A stretch of DNA of 63,848 bases, the filler included, from an uncultured Methanoregulaceae archaeon (GTDB lineage: Archaea; Halobacteriota; Methanomicrobia; Methanomicrobiales; Methanospirillaceae), in assembly GCA_964530035.1 (NCBI GenBank). It is 5 parts of 5 records of this genome, joined end to end, with 100 filler letters (N's around TTAATTAATTAA, not from the genome) between each part and the next. Parts side by side here need not be neighbours in the genome. Positions count along the whole stretch, not along the records: positions 1 to 13,799 come from CAZGXZ010000059.1; 4 more parts are not named here. One strand, written 5' to 3'. Positions within the stretch are counted from its first letter, which is position 1, and each line of letters opens with the position of its first letter. A program made the position numbers and the translations under genes. Of the stretch, positions 1-9,861 are shown piece by piece. The notes below the pieces were generated by a model. It was not told the origin of the DNA. It saw only the letters and a program-made list of their open reading frames with translations, and did no database searches.

Positions 1-755
1 TCCCGGGCGACGATGTCCGGTCGATCGACTGGAAGGTCTCGGCACGCCTCAACCGTCCGTTCATCAAGGAGTTCACCGAGGAACGCGACCAGACCTTCTA
101 CTTCGTCCTCGACGTCTCGGGGTCGGGCGAGTTCGGGTCCCGTGTCAGCAAGGGGCACAAGGCGCTCGAGGTCCTCGCAAGCCTCATGTTTGCCTGCCTC
201 GTGAACAACGACCGGATAGGACTCTGCCTTGTATCAGACCACGTCGAACGGTTTGTCAGGGCAAAGAAGGGACGAAAGCACGTGGTGTCGCTCTTAAACA
301 TCGTCCTGTCGCACCGGCCTGCCTCGAGGGGGACGGACATCGGTGCCGCGGTACGGACGCTTGCCCATGCCCTGAAGCGGGAGTCGTCCGTCATCATCCT
401 CTCTGACTTCGTCTCGCCGCCATTTGCACGGGACCTCGCCATCCTCGGGAGACGACACGAAGCGATCGCCGTCAGGATAACCGACCCGGTCGAACACGAC
501 CTCCCTGACGTCGGGTACATCGAGCTCGAGGACGCGGAGACCGGCGAGCAGCTGCTCGTGAATACCTCGGACCCGGAGTTGAGGCGGTTGTACCGGTCCT
601 TTGCCGGGGAGGCAGATACGAAGCTCGGACACGAACTTGCGCGAAGCGGCGTCAGGCAGGTCCGGCTCAGGACGGACGAACCGTATGAAATCCCATTGAA
701 CCGGTTCTTTTCAGGGATGAAGGAGGGGAGGGGGCCTCATGGCCGGCTTCGCTAA
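1..755 (+). CDS. DUF58 family (MoxR-associated, vWA-like) protein, 5'-truncated at window start
   Basis: Frame is open from nt 3: PGDDVRSIDWKVSAR...FYFVLDVSGSGEFG...VIILSDF. The missing N-terminus is at 27371..27511 (-). Confidence 0.92.
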   Translation, partial: PGDDVRSIDWKVSARLNRPFIKEFTEERDQTFYFVLDVSGSGEFGSRVSKGHKALEVLASLMFACLVNNDRIGLCLVSDHVERFVRAKKGRKHVVSLLNIVLSHRPASRGTDIGAAVRTLAHALKRESSVIILSDFVSPPFARDLAILGRRHEAIAVRITDPVEHDLPDVGYIELEDAETGEQLLVNTSDPELRRLYRSFAGEADTKLGHELARSGVRQVRLRTDEPYEIPLNRFFSGMKEGRGPHGRLR

Positions 756-1689
756 CCCGCTCTGGCTCCTCGGGCTCCTCAGCATCCCGGTGCTCGCCTA
801 CTTCCATTTCCTTGCGACGAAGCGGAGGAAGACCGAGGCCATGACGTTTTCCCAGGTCGCGTTCCTGAAATCGGTGCTCGGAGACACGCGGAAGTCCCGG
901 CGCCCGCAGCTCCTCTTCGTCATCGCCCTTGCCATACTCGCCCTCCTCTTCATCGGCCTTGCCGACCCGCACATCCCCCTCGAGCAGACCAGGGAAGGCG
1001 TCAATGTCGTCCTGGTGATCGACGATTCGGGAAGCATGCAGGCCCGGGACTACCAGCCGACCCGCATCGAGGCAGCCAAGAACGCTGCCGGGGTCCTCCT
1101 GCGGAGCCTCGACCCGAAGGACAACGCCGGGATCGTGCTGTTCGAGTCAGGGGCGACCACGGCCGCCTACCTGAGCCCTGACAAGGACCGAGTCATGCAG
1201 AAACTCATGGGCATCGCTCCGAAGACCGGCCAGACCGCCCTCGGGGACGGCCTCGCCCTCGCGGTCGACATGGCAAAGTCCCTGCCGAGCAGGAAAAAGG
1301 TCATCGTGCTCCTCTCGGACGGCGTGAACAACGCAGGGGTCATCTCCCCGGACGAGGCGGCCGGGTTTGCGAAGTCGTCCGGGATCCAGGTCTTTACCGT
1401 GGGTATGGGCTCGGAACAGCCCGCGATGCTCGGGTACGACTGGACCGGCACTCCCCAGTACGCGACCCTCGACGAGGACACGCTCAGGTCCGTCGCCGAA
1501 AAGACAGGCGGGACCTATTTCAAATCTGTGGACTCACGGACGCTCTCGCAGATCTACGCCGGGCTCCCCGAGCAGATAACACGGGAGAAGGAAGAGACGA
1601 GCATAGCCGCATATTTCTTCATCGGGGCGCTCGTCCTTGTATTCGTTGAACTGTACCTCAGGTATGGAAGGGGGAGGATCATCCCATGA
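739..1689 (+). CDS. BatA-like vWA domain membrane protein
   Basis: N-terminal FANPLWLLGLL BatA motif, MIDAS DDSGSM, TALGDGL, LLSDG, C-terminal TM. Confidence 0.92.
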   Translation: MAGFANPLWLLGLLSIPVLAYFHFLATKRRKTEAMTFSQVAFLKSVLGDTRKSRRPQLLFVIALAILALLFIGLADPHIPLEQTREGVNVVLVIDDSGSMQARDYQPTRIEAAKNAAGVLLRSLDPKDNAGIVLFESGATTAAYLSPDKDRVMQKLMGIAPKTGQTALGDGLALAVDMAKSLPSRKKVIVLLSDGVNNAGVISPDEAAGFAKSSGIQVFTVGMGSEQPAMLGYDWTGTPQYATLDEDTLRSVAEKTGGTYFKSVDSRTLSQIYAGLPEQITREKEETSIAAYFFIGALVLVFVELYLRYGRGRIIP

Positions 1690-3230
1690 AACACACGGCA
1701 CTTATCCTGCTCCTCCTGGTTGCCGTCACGGCAGGCGCTGCAACAGCAGCGGAAATCACCCTGACCACGGGCCAGAAGGACTATTACTTCCTCCTCGGGG
1801 ACCCCGGTCTGGTCCCCGTGGAGGTCACGAACACCTACGACCGGGACATCCCGGGAATGCTCGAATCGACCGTGAGCGAATCGACGACCGGCATGGGGCT
1901 CAGCCTGTCGAGCAGCTCCTCGAACGCCCGGTCCTACACGGCCCGGAAGGGGTCCTCGGTGGTCACCATCGATGCCGGGTCGTCAGACGTGGAAAAAACA
2001 GTCAGGATTGCATTTTCCTTCGAGTACAGCGACCCTGACCCGAAGCGGCAGGCACTTGAAGACATCGCCATCCACTTCGTGAAAGACGCCTCCCAGGTCA
2101 GGAACACCCCGGAGCGGGTTGTCAGCCGGAGCGGGACGCCGGGGCAGGGGACGACCGGGACCTCCCTGTTATCTCAGCAGGACGAGGTCCTTCAGCAGAT
2201 GATGCAGCAGTCCGCCACGATGGGCTTCAGCTTCGGGTTCCCGCAGGGTTCAGAAAACGACCAGATGGCCCAGGACACCTCGGCCTTAAAACAGCAGCTC
2301 CAGCAGGAGCAGGAGAAGGGCCAGGCTGATCAGCAGGAGTTCTCGCAGAACCTCGAACAGGACCAGACGGTCCGGGCGGTGGACCAGTCACTTCAGGAAC
2401 AGGGGTACTCGCCCACCTCGACGGACACCTTCCCGGAGTCCGGGAAACAGGGCTCGTTTTCCCGTTCGTATACGAACCCGGCCGGGGATACCGTGAAGGT
2501 CCAGGGAAGGCTGGAAAACGGTTCGGCCCGCGAGGTAACCGAGAGCACGACGGCCAGGATCAGCCCGCCCGGGCCGCTCTCACAGAACCAGACATACCAG
2601 GAGTCGGCCCGGGACCTTGAACAGCAGGGCTATTCCCATTCCTCGACCACGATTAAGAACACCCCGTCGGGATCGGTGGTCAACCAGACCTTCAAGGGCC
2701 CGCAGGGGGCACAGGCCTACCTGAACGCCACCGGTACCCGGACCAACGTGACCTCGGTCTCGGTCACGAAGGAGGAGAAACAGGTCGATTACCTCATACC
2801 TGCCGCCCTTATCGCACTTGCTGCCCTGCTGGTAATCGTCGGGTACGTCCTCTGGAAGAGGCCGAAAAAGGCCCACCCCGTCGTCGTTGCAAAGCCACCG
2901 GTCATCCCTGCACCTCCGCGGGACTACCGGAAGGAGGCCCTGGAGCTGCTCGCACGGGCGGAGAAGGAGCATGCCGCCGGCAACACCCGCGAAGCCTTCG
3001 GGACCGCGGGGCAGGCACTCCGTTTCTGCCTCTCATCAAGGTACGGGAACGGCTCTGAAATGACGAATGACGAAGTTCTGGAACTCCTTGCAGGGAAAGG
3101 AAGACAATCCCGCACCATCGAAGAAATGCTCGGGCGCTGCAGCCTCATCGAGTTCGCGAAGGCAGGCGAGGAGCCCGGGGAGTTCGAACGGTTCGGGGAG
3201 TCCATCAGGGGGATCATTAAGGAGGCGTGA
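1686..3230 (+). CDS. Exported, membrane-anchored protein of the MoxR/vWA operon (BatD-like role; DUF4129-like C-terminus)
   Basis: Signal peptide, Q-rich coiled coil, internal duplicated domain, single TM, cytoplasmic tail (EMTNDEVL...EFAK). ATGA overlap with the vWA gene. Confidence 0.75.
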   Translation: MKHTALILLLLVAVTAGAATAAEITLTTGQKDYYFLLGDPGLVPVEVTNTYDRDIPGMLESTVSESTTGMGLSLSSSSSNARSYTARKGSSVVTIDAGSSDVEKTVRIAFSFEYSDPDPKRQALEDIAIHFVKDASQVRNTPERVVSRSGTPGQGTTGTSLLSQQDEVLQQMMQQSATMGFSFGFPQGSENDQMAQDTSALKQQLQQEQEKGQADQQEFSQNLEQDQTVRAVDQSLQEQGYSPTSTDTFPESGKQGSFSRSYTNPAGDTVKVQGRLENGSAREVTESTTARISPPGPLSQNQTYQESARDLEQQGYSHSSTTIKNTPSGSVVNQTFKGPQGAQAYLNATGTRTNVTSVSVTKEEKQVDYLIPAALIALAALLVIVGYVLWKRPKKAHPVVVAKPPVIPAPPRDYRKEALELLARAEKEHAAGNTREAFGTAGQALRFCLSSRYGNGSEMTNDEVLELLAGKGRQSRTIEEMLGRCSLIEFAKAGEEPGEFERFGESIRGIIKEA

Positions 3231-3244
3231 CCCTCCCTTTTTTC
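3231..3244 (+). terminator. Pyrimidine/oligo-T tract after the operon
   Basis: CCCTCCCTTTTTTC immediately after the stop codon; archaeal-type terminator. Confidence 0.4.
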
Positions 3245-3439
3245 ATCCGGACAGATGCTCCCCATTCCCGGCTGTTCCACGAGGTCCGGCAGGAGTCCTG
3301 GTCCTGGGAGATAACGACCTCTTCAGACCCGCATCTCCTGCAGGTATCGAATAGAACCCAATTATCGCCTTAATGGCGGACAGGTACCAGGAAGTCCATC
3401 CCTGTGGATGAGGACGGTGCCGATGATGATGAAAAAAAA

Positions 3440-3610
3440 TTAGAACCTGGGCTGCCGGTGTTTCGGCAGGCAGTCCCGGCAGTAGACGGGTCTTCCCTCG
3501 GTTGGCTTGAACGGGACTTCACATTCCTGACCGCAGTCTGAACAGACTACCTTGGTCATTTCTCGGGGGCCGTAATTACGCGGGCCGCTCCCAAAATTGG
3601 ATTTGTACAT
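3440..3610 (-). CDS. CxxC-x17-CxxC small zinc-ribbon protein (56 aa; not in ORF track)
   Basis: Manual translation: MYKSNFGSGPRNYGPREMTKVVCSDCGQECEVPFKPTEGRPVYCRDCLPKHRQPRF. A T-run follows the stop. Confidence 0.92.
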   Translation of the reverse strand: MYKSNFGSGPRNYGPREMTKVVCSDCGQECEVPFKPTEGRPVYCRDCLPKHRQPRF

Positions 3611-3680
3611 GATTCTGCTCGAACAGAGTTAAAATTCACTGATGACTTTTAAAACTGCGGTATTTACCATGATGCCAGGG

Positions 3681-3688
3681 TATTTAAA
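3681..3688 (-). promoter_or_regulatory. Putative TATA box for the CxxC-x17-CxxC gene
   Basis: TTTAAATA on the minus strand about 70 nt upstream of the ATG. Confidence 0.45.
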
Positions 3689-3745
3689 TTCCCGCTTTGT
3701 ACGAATTTCCCGGGAGATTCGCCTATCGTTGGCTTTATGGAAATC

Positions 3746-4185
3746 TTCTCTGTCTTCATTTTACTCACCCCGTTCCGAGAGGTCTTCATCAGCGGTATTT
3801 CCGGTCATATGACACCTGTGAAAATGCTAAAAAAGGGCCTCATAACAAGGAAATTTTGGATAGGAATTTTCATGGTCCGCGTGTGAATTTCCGTTCATTT
3901 GCGTTTCAACCGAGCCGATATTTTTGTTTTCACCTTGAACAGTGAAAGGATGAGAGGGATGATAACCGGGGGCTGCCGCCCCCAGACCCCCTGCGTGTGA
4001 TAGCCGTGGCAATCCGTAAGCGGTTTCCTGATACCCGTATTTTCTGGTGTAATTTTCTGACTTTTCTCTATTGTGGTGAGGCTTTTTCCCTCTCGAAAAG
4101 CCGTGATACCGTCGCCGGGGCGCCCTTCGGGGACAGCAGGCTATCTTTTCGGGGGTGCGGGGGCATGCCCCCACTGAAGGGTTGA
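3746..4185 (+). repeat. Dispersed modular repeat, copy 1 (modules A+B+C)
   Basis: 3746-3873 matches revcomp of 13408-13536; 3967-4100 matches 37993-38130; 4098-4183 matches 38128-38212 and revcomp of 13287-13373. Confidence 0.88.
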
Positions 4186-4545
4186 TGGGTATAGGATACC
4201 GGGAGAGGTGAGGCTCCTTGTATCCAGCAAGGTCTGGGATCATTCCGAAAGGTCTGAAAAACATCATTGCAGTCATATGCCGGGATGCATCCTTGTCACT
4301 CCTCTATCGGTGACACCATGCTCTCCCTATGTACGAGACCCTTTTCAGGTGACCGCAGGCTCAAACCGTCGTGGGTATATTTTCTTTCATATCATCCAGG
4401 AGGTACATGGGAGAACGTTCCGCATGACAGGGCCTTCTGCCAGTGCTTAGCATTACCGGAAGACAACTCCGCACTGCATAGGTTCTTATTCCGGGCAGAA
4501 TGAGTGTTCCATGTCTGAGAATCATCAGGCACAGGGGGGTATCAT

Positions 4546-4974
4546 ATGCATGGTCTTCAGGAAGCCGAAGATCTCGAAACTCTTGGGGAAAGAGTTGATG
4601 CGGTCAGGAAACTGTCTGCTCTCGGGCAGCGGGGAGTTGAGTACCTCATCATCGACTTAAGCGACGAGGACAAGTGGGTGAGGATAGCCGCGGCTGATGT
4701 CCTGTCAGAGTCAGGAGATACCCGTGCCCTCCCCTACCTGGCAGGGATGGTCACGGACCCTGACCGGGACGTCCGGTTTGCAGCGGTCGCGTCCCTTGGA
4801 AAACTGGGAGACCCGGGCGGCTGCCAGGCACTTGCCACGGCCGTCAACGACGAGAGCTGGTTTATCAGGATAGCCGCCGAGGAGGCAATCCTTGCAATCC
4901 GGCGGGCCAGGAAGGCAACTGCCGGCAGGAACGGTGCGGGTAGCGGAGGGCCGCCCCTTCCTGCCGCCATGTGA
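4546..4974 (+). CDS. HEAT/PBS-lyase repeat protein
   Basis: Repeated L.D.D..VR.AAA..L motifs; GGGGG SD-like site upstream. Confidence 0.85.
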   Translation: MHGLQEAEDLETLGERVDAVRKLSALGQRGVEYLIIDLSDEDKWVRIAAADVLSESGDTRALPYLAGMVTDPDRDVRFAAVASLGKLGDPGGCQALATAVNDESWFIRIAAEEAILAIRRARKATAGRNGAGSGGPPLPAAM

Positions 4975-5077
4975 CCTTTTTCACTGTTTTGCTTTCGCGT
5001 GACGAATACTGAACGGCATGGCCGGGTTTATCCTCGATACTGTCGGGAGGGTCCCCGTGAAATCCTGTTTTCTCGTG

Positions 5078-5614
5078 TCAGGGAGCACTGTCCCGGACCT
5101 CTCCGGGAGGCTCCTCACGGGTGAAGGTCCGGAACGAGGGAAATGCGGAGAGGAGGTTGTTGATGATGATGATATTGAGCGGGATGCAGATGATCGCACG
5201 GATCGCGAGGTAGGGGATCTGGTCTGAAAAACCGAGAATTGCAGCCAGGGTGGCAGCCACCACGTAGCCGCAGAGCATTCCCATGGCTGACCACGAGATA
5301 TTCTTCCCTTTTTTATAAAGGTAGTCGGCGACCAGGCCGACTGCAATGCCGCCGGTCGCAAATGAAGCGATGTCAAGGAGCGGTATCCTGGCAGGAAACC
5401 CTGCACATATCCCGATCGCGAGACCGGCTGCCGGGCCTCCAAGAGCAGCCCCGATGGTCACGAAAAAGTCCCTGAGATCCAGGATGAATACTCCGCCAAG
5501 CGGTGTGATGAGGTTCGCCGCCCTGATGATGTAGGCCAGGACGCCGAAAAGGATGACCACCAGGACCTTGTTGCGAACAGATACCGGGACCATTTTAAAT
5601 GCCACCCAGACCAT
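5078..5614 (-). CDS. Stand-alone 5-6 TM protein, 5TMR-LYT (LytS/YhcK) sensor-like or ECF S-component-like; start uncertain
   Basis: Hydrophobic helices; LDLRDFFVTIGAALGGPAAGLAIG motif. Confidence 0.6.
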   Translation of the reverse strand: MVWVAFKMVPVSVRNKVLVVILFGVLAYIIRAANLITPLGGVFILDLRDFFVTIGAALGGPAAGLAIGICAGFPARIPLLDIASFATGGIAVGLVADYLYKKGKNISWSAMGMLCGYVVAATLAAILGFSDQIPYLAIRAIICIPLNIIIINNLLSAFPSFRTFTREEPPGEVRDSAP

Positions 5615-5959
5615 CTTCAGGTTATCCGCGGCACATTCCCTCCTGAATCGGCCAATGATACATGTGGGGCGGATGTAAAAGAAGTATTCGGATACCGGCG
5701 ACGACAGGGTTATCAATGCCGCAGGACCACATGCTCCCTGGAGAACCGGCCCGGCAAGGACCTGGATACAGGACCACGCTCATGCAACGCACGAATGCTC
5801 GTGACAACCAGGTCCACACCAGGACGAAAAAACGATTCCCCCGGGTGGGCGGAACTTCCCGGGACATGGTCTGATAGGGACAACCCGGTTTCCGCCAGGC
5901 CTTCCGGCAGGGCTGATACCCCCCATGAAGGCTGAAGAACTTCAAGGTGACTGTAATAC

Positions 5960-7339
5960 ATGGAATCCCCTGCGGTGGCATTTGTCTGGGAATCCCTCGC
6001 ACCCGCCCCCATATCAGCCTGGCTCGCATATCTCACGGACCCGGCTATCTTTACCCCCCTGGTGCTCATCATCATCGTCATCGCCTCCTTTTTTATCGCG
6101 CTCAGGCTCGAGGTCATGAGAAAGACCGCCGAGCTGTCGCATGAACTTGAAGGGCGGAGGAGGATCGAGCACCAGCTCCGGCAGGCCCTCGACCGCCTCT
6201 CCGAACTGGACCGGATCATCACAAAAAGCCCTGCGGTGGCATTTGTCTGGGAATCCGCACCTGAATGGCCCGTTTCGTATGTTTCAGACAACGTCGCCCT
6301 GTTCGGATATGGTCCCCGTGAGTTCACCGAAGGGAAGATCAAATATGCCTCGATCATCTTCCCCGACGATCTGCCCCGGGTCGCTGAAGAGGTCACACGG
6401 TTTAACGCTGAGGGCAGGAACGACTTTACGCAGTTCTACCGGATTGTCACCCGTCCCGGGGAGGTGCTCTGGATCGAGGACCGGACCACGGTGGACAGGG
6501 ACGGAAACGGGATGCCGGTCAGGTACCAGGGGGTCCTGATCGACATCACCGAACGAAGGGCAAGGGAGGAGGAGATAGACCGGCTGAACCGTGAGCTTGA
6601 AAAACGGGTCGCCGAGAGGACGGCTGCACTGTCATCGGCAAACAGGGAGCTCGAAGCATTCACCTATTCCGTGTCCCATGACCTGATCTCCCCGCTGCGT
6701 GCGGTTGATGGTTTCGCGGCACTGCTCGCACGTTCGCTCGGAGAGGATACCACCCCGGAAGCAAAGGACTACCTCGCCAAGATCCGGGGGAACACGAGGA
6801 GGATGGCCCGCCTGATCGACGACATGCTGGAGTTCTCACGGGCCGGCAGAAAAGCGCTCTCTCTCTCGGTGGTGGACCCTGGTCCCCTGGTATCGTCCAT
6901 CATCGAGGACATCAGGCCCGACCTTGCCGGCAGGGACATCAGGTTCGTTGTCGGGGACCTCCCGCCCTGCCATGCCGATCCTTCCCTCCTCGGGCAGGTG
7001 TACCGGAACCTGATCGGCAATGCGGTCAAGTTCACCAGGACGCAGGAGTCGCCGGAGATCACGATCGGGTCAAACGGCACGAAGGGATACCCCGAGTATT
7101 TTGTCAGGGACAACGGGATCGGGTTCGATATGAAATATGTGGACAAGATCTTCGGGGTCTTCGAACGGCTCAATATCGCGGAGGCGTACGAGGGGAATGG
7201 CGTCGGCCTTGCCATTGTCAGGCGAATCATCGAACGCCATGGCGGGACCATCCGTGCGGAAGGTGTTCCCGGCGCCGGGGCGACCTTTTCCTTCACCCTT
7301 GGGCATGATGAAACTGACCTGTCCTCACATCCCTCGTGA
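5960..7339 (+). CDS. PAS sensor histidine kinase (1 TM)
   Basis: PAS/PAC; H-box YSVSHDLISPL; N-box NLIGNAVKF; DNGIG; G2 GNGVGLAIV. Confidence 0.93.
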   Translation: MESPAVAFVWESLAPAPISAWLAYLTDPAIFTPLVLIIIVIASFFIALRLEVMRKTAELSHELEGRRRIEHQLRQALDRLSELDRIITKSPAVAFVWESAPEWPVSYVSDNVALFGYGPREFTEGKIKYASIIFPDDLPRVAEEVTRFNAEGRNDFTQFYRIVTRPGEVLWIEDRTTVDRDGNGMPVRYQGVLIDITERRAREEEIDRLNRELEKRVAERTAALSSANRELEAFTYSVSHDLISPLRAVDGFAALLARSLGEDTTPEAKDYLAKIRGNTRRMARLIDDMLEFSRAGRKALSLSVVDPGPLVSSIIEDIRPDLAGRDIRFVVGDLPPCHADPSLLGQVYRNLIGNAVKFTRTQESPEITIGSNGTKGYPEYFVRDNGIGFDMKYVDKIFGVFERLNIAEAYEGNGVGLAIVRRIIERHGGTIRAEGVPGAGATFSFTLGHDETDLSSHPS

Positions 7340-7827
7340 GGGCGCATCCAATGCCCGGCCCCTGTCCAAAAGCTGCCTGCTGAAACGTCGCCGGGGAATA
7401 AAAGAGGGGATCCTGGTGGTTGCCGGCCTGGTCGCCCCCGGTTTCACCGGTCTTTGTTCACCTGCCAAACCGGAAAAATTCCGACAACCCTTCCGGATGA
7501 GAGGAAGTATTATCATGCAAAAGGGGGAGGGTTACGGTGGTTCGCAACCGCTTTTCCACTGGAAGAAAAGGGGTATCCGGCTTATACCCGGCCGGTTCTC
7601 AAAAATGAACATTTTGGAAGTATTTCACCTGATGCGGGCACGACCATCCCCGGTTGGTGCATGCCGTTTCATCAGAAAGGTTCATTTCCTATGAATACAT
7701 GGATGCGACAGCCGGAAGATATACGGGTGCCCATATGAAGCCATGGGTGGCCGGAAGGGTATGGTGCTGGCCTGGCCCAGGGGCTTTTGTCCCATGATCT
7801 CTTCCGGGATGAAACCATATCCTCTGG

Positions 7828-9120
7828 ATGACTGAAGGTTCAATGGACAACCCGGACATCAGCTCGGAAGGACCTTTGCGGCACGACGTCGTGGTCATCG
7901 GAGGCGGACCGGCAGGACTGTTCCTCGCCCTGCAGACCGGGAGGTCAGGAAAGAGCGTCCTGCTCCTGGAAAAAAAACCGTCCTGCGGCAGAAAACTCCT
8001 CATTTCAGGTTCCGGGCAGTGCAACCTGACACATGACGGACCGGTGCAGGAGTTCATCCCCCGCTACGGTACACATGGGACATTTCTCCGTCCAGCACTC
8101 ATGACCTGGACGAACCGGGACCTGGCCGCTTTTTTCAGGGAACGCGGCCTCGCCATGGAAACCGATCCCGGTGGCAAGGTATTCCCCGCGACAAGGAAAG
8201 CCCGGGACGTCCTTGATATCCTCCTCGCAGAGTGCCGGTCGGCAGGGGTCAGGATACAGTGTGACGAGCCGGTGACATCCGTCGTACCCGGGGAGGAGGG
8301 GTTCCTGGTCGGGACATCCCGGGGACAGTACCTGGCTCAAAACCTCGTGATAGCCACGGGGGGTGCATCCTACCCGGCGACAGGGTCCACGGGTGACGGA
8401 TTCCGCATCGCCCGCGAGCTCGGACACCGGGTGGAGGAGCCCGCCCCGGCTCTCACCCCGGTGTATATCGACGGGTTTCCGTTCTCCGGTCTTGCAGGCA
8501 TCTCCTTTGAACAGCTCCCGGTCCGCCTGTACCGGACAGGGAAAAAGGTCAGGGACCATGCGGGGGACGTCCTGATAACCCATGCCGGGTTGTCGGGCCC
8601 GGGGATCCTCGACCTTTCACGGTACATCGTGGCCGGCGACATCCTCGAGATCTCCTTTCTCCCGGGAATGGACGCCGGGGCCCTGGACCGGCGTATCACG
8701 GACATGGCCCGGGCACATGGCAATCGTCTTGTCAGGACCGTCCTCTCAGAAACCGGCCTTCCCGACCGTTTTTTAAGGGCCGTCCTCGCGCTGTCCGGGA
8801 TACCCGGGGATCTCCCTGCCGCCCGGCTCACGAAATCCGCCCGCCAGGCCCTAGTCTCGCACCTTACAGCCTGCCGGTTCAGGGTGGGACGGCTTGGCGG
8901 GTACGGAGAGGCGATGGTCACCCGCGGCGGGGTTTCATTAAAGGAGATCAACCCGAAGACCCTCGAGTCGAAACTGCACCGGCACCTCCATTTCCTCGGC
9001 GAGGTCCTTGACATCGACGGAGACACGGGCGGTTTCAACCTCCAGGCCGCCTTTTCGACGGCATACCTTGCATCTCTCCATATCAGCGGGAACCCGGGGA
9101 AGTCCTCACCGCCTTCGTAA
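7828..9120 (+). CDS. HI0933/BaiN-family FAD-dependent oxidoreductase
   Basis: GGGPAG, GRKLLISGSGQCNLT, ATGGASYP.TGSTGDG, VTRGGV, GEVLDIDGDTGGFNLQAAF. Confidence 0.93.
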   Translation: MTEGSMDNPDISSEGPLRHDVVVIGGGPAGLFLALQTGRSGKSVLLLEKKPSCGRKLLISGSGQCNLTHDGPVQEFIPRYGTHGTFLRPALMTWTNRDLAAFFRERGLAMETDPGGKVFPATRKARDVLDILLAECRSAGVRIQCDEPVTSVVPGEEGFLVGTSRGQYLAQNLVIATGGASYPATGSTGDGFRIARELGHRVEEPAPALTPVYIDGFPFSGLAGISFEQLPVRLYRTGKKVRDHAGDVLITHAGLSGPGILDLSRYIVAGDILEISFLPGMDAGALDRRITDMARAHGNRLVRTVLSETGLPDRFLRAVLALSGIPGDLPAARLTKSARQALVSHLTACRFRVGRLGGYGEAMVTRGGVSLKEINPKTLESKLHRHLHFLGEVLDIDGDTGGFNLQAAFSTAYLASLHISGNPGKSSPPS

Positions 9121-9329
9121 AGCCGGGACGAACGCCAGAAAACGGTGTATTTTCATGCATTGGAGAAAAAAGGCCTGATCCTGCCACGGCCTCCCGGTAT
9201 GCCCGGCATACCTGCTGTGCAAATGACTATTATTCAGGAACGGGATGTGATTTCTGTGCACCTGGAGATGGTTTCTCCGGGAACACCGGGGTCAGGTACA
9301 TCCTGCCTCCGCATGGGGGGTACTACCAG

Positions 9330-9617
9330 ATGACAAAAAAACACATAATCTCTGCTGAGGTCCAGTATCTCATCAGGCATGCCAACGAGCTCGCGAACAA
9401 GGGCCATTACCAGCAGGCTGTCGAACAGTATGACAAGGCCATCGAGCAGGTCCCTGACTTCGCCTGTTTCTGGAACTGCAAGGGAGTGGCGCTCGAAAAG
9501 ATGAACCGCATCACCGAGGCGCTTGCCTGCTATGAGAAAGCGGTTGAAACCGACCCGGCCCACCTCGAAGCGGATTTCAACCGCGAGGTCGCCCTCCGCA
9601 GGGCTGAACACCGCTAG
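9330..9617 (+). CDS. Small TPR protein
   Basis: Two TPR units (YDKAIEQVP, WNCKGVAL...YEKAVETDP). Confidence 0.85.
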   Translation: MTKKHIISAEVQYLIRHANELANKGHYQQAVEQYDKAIEQVPDFACFWNCKGVALEKMNRITEALACYEKAVETDPAHLEADFNREVALRRAEHR

Positions 9618-9861
9618 GACTGACCGGGGGCCAGTCTTTTTTTCCATCCAGGCACCAGCGAGGTCCCGGACCGGTCCTAACCAGGTATTCCGGTGATAGA
9701 GGGACCTTTTCCCGGCGTCATGTCGCAGCGGCAGGACAGCCGGAAACCGATGGGGAATTTCCTGAAGGTCCTGGCTCATCAGCTGGAGCCCAGGGAACTT
9801 ACGGACTATCCATAGAATTTTTTAGATGCCCGGAGGATATAGAGAGACACGGGTTTCCGGC

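Noticed and set aside
3746..4185. Repeat family as a CRISPR array
   Set aside because: Copies are dispersed, long and diverged, with no repeat-spacer periodicity and no cas genes.
3697..4503. Short ORFs over the repeat (e.g. KKGPHNKEILDRNFH, echoed at 13279..13725)
   Set aside because: The peptide similarity simply reflects the DNA repeat; frames are not preserved beyond it.
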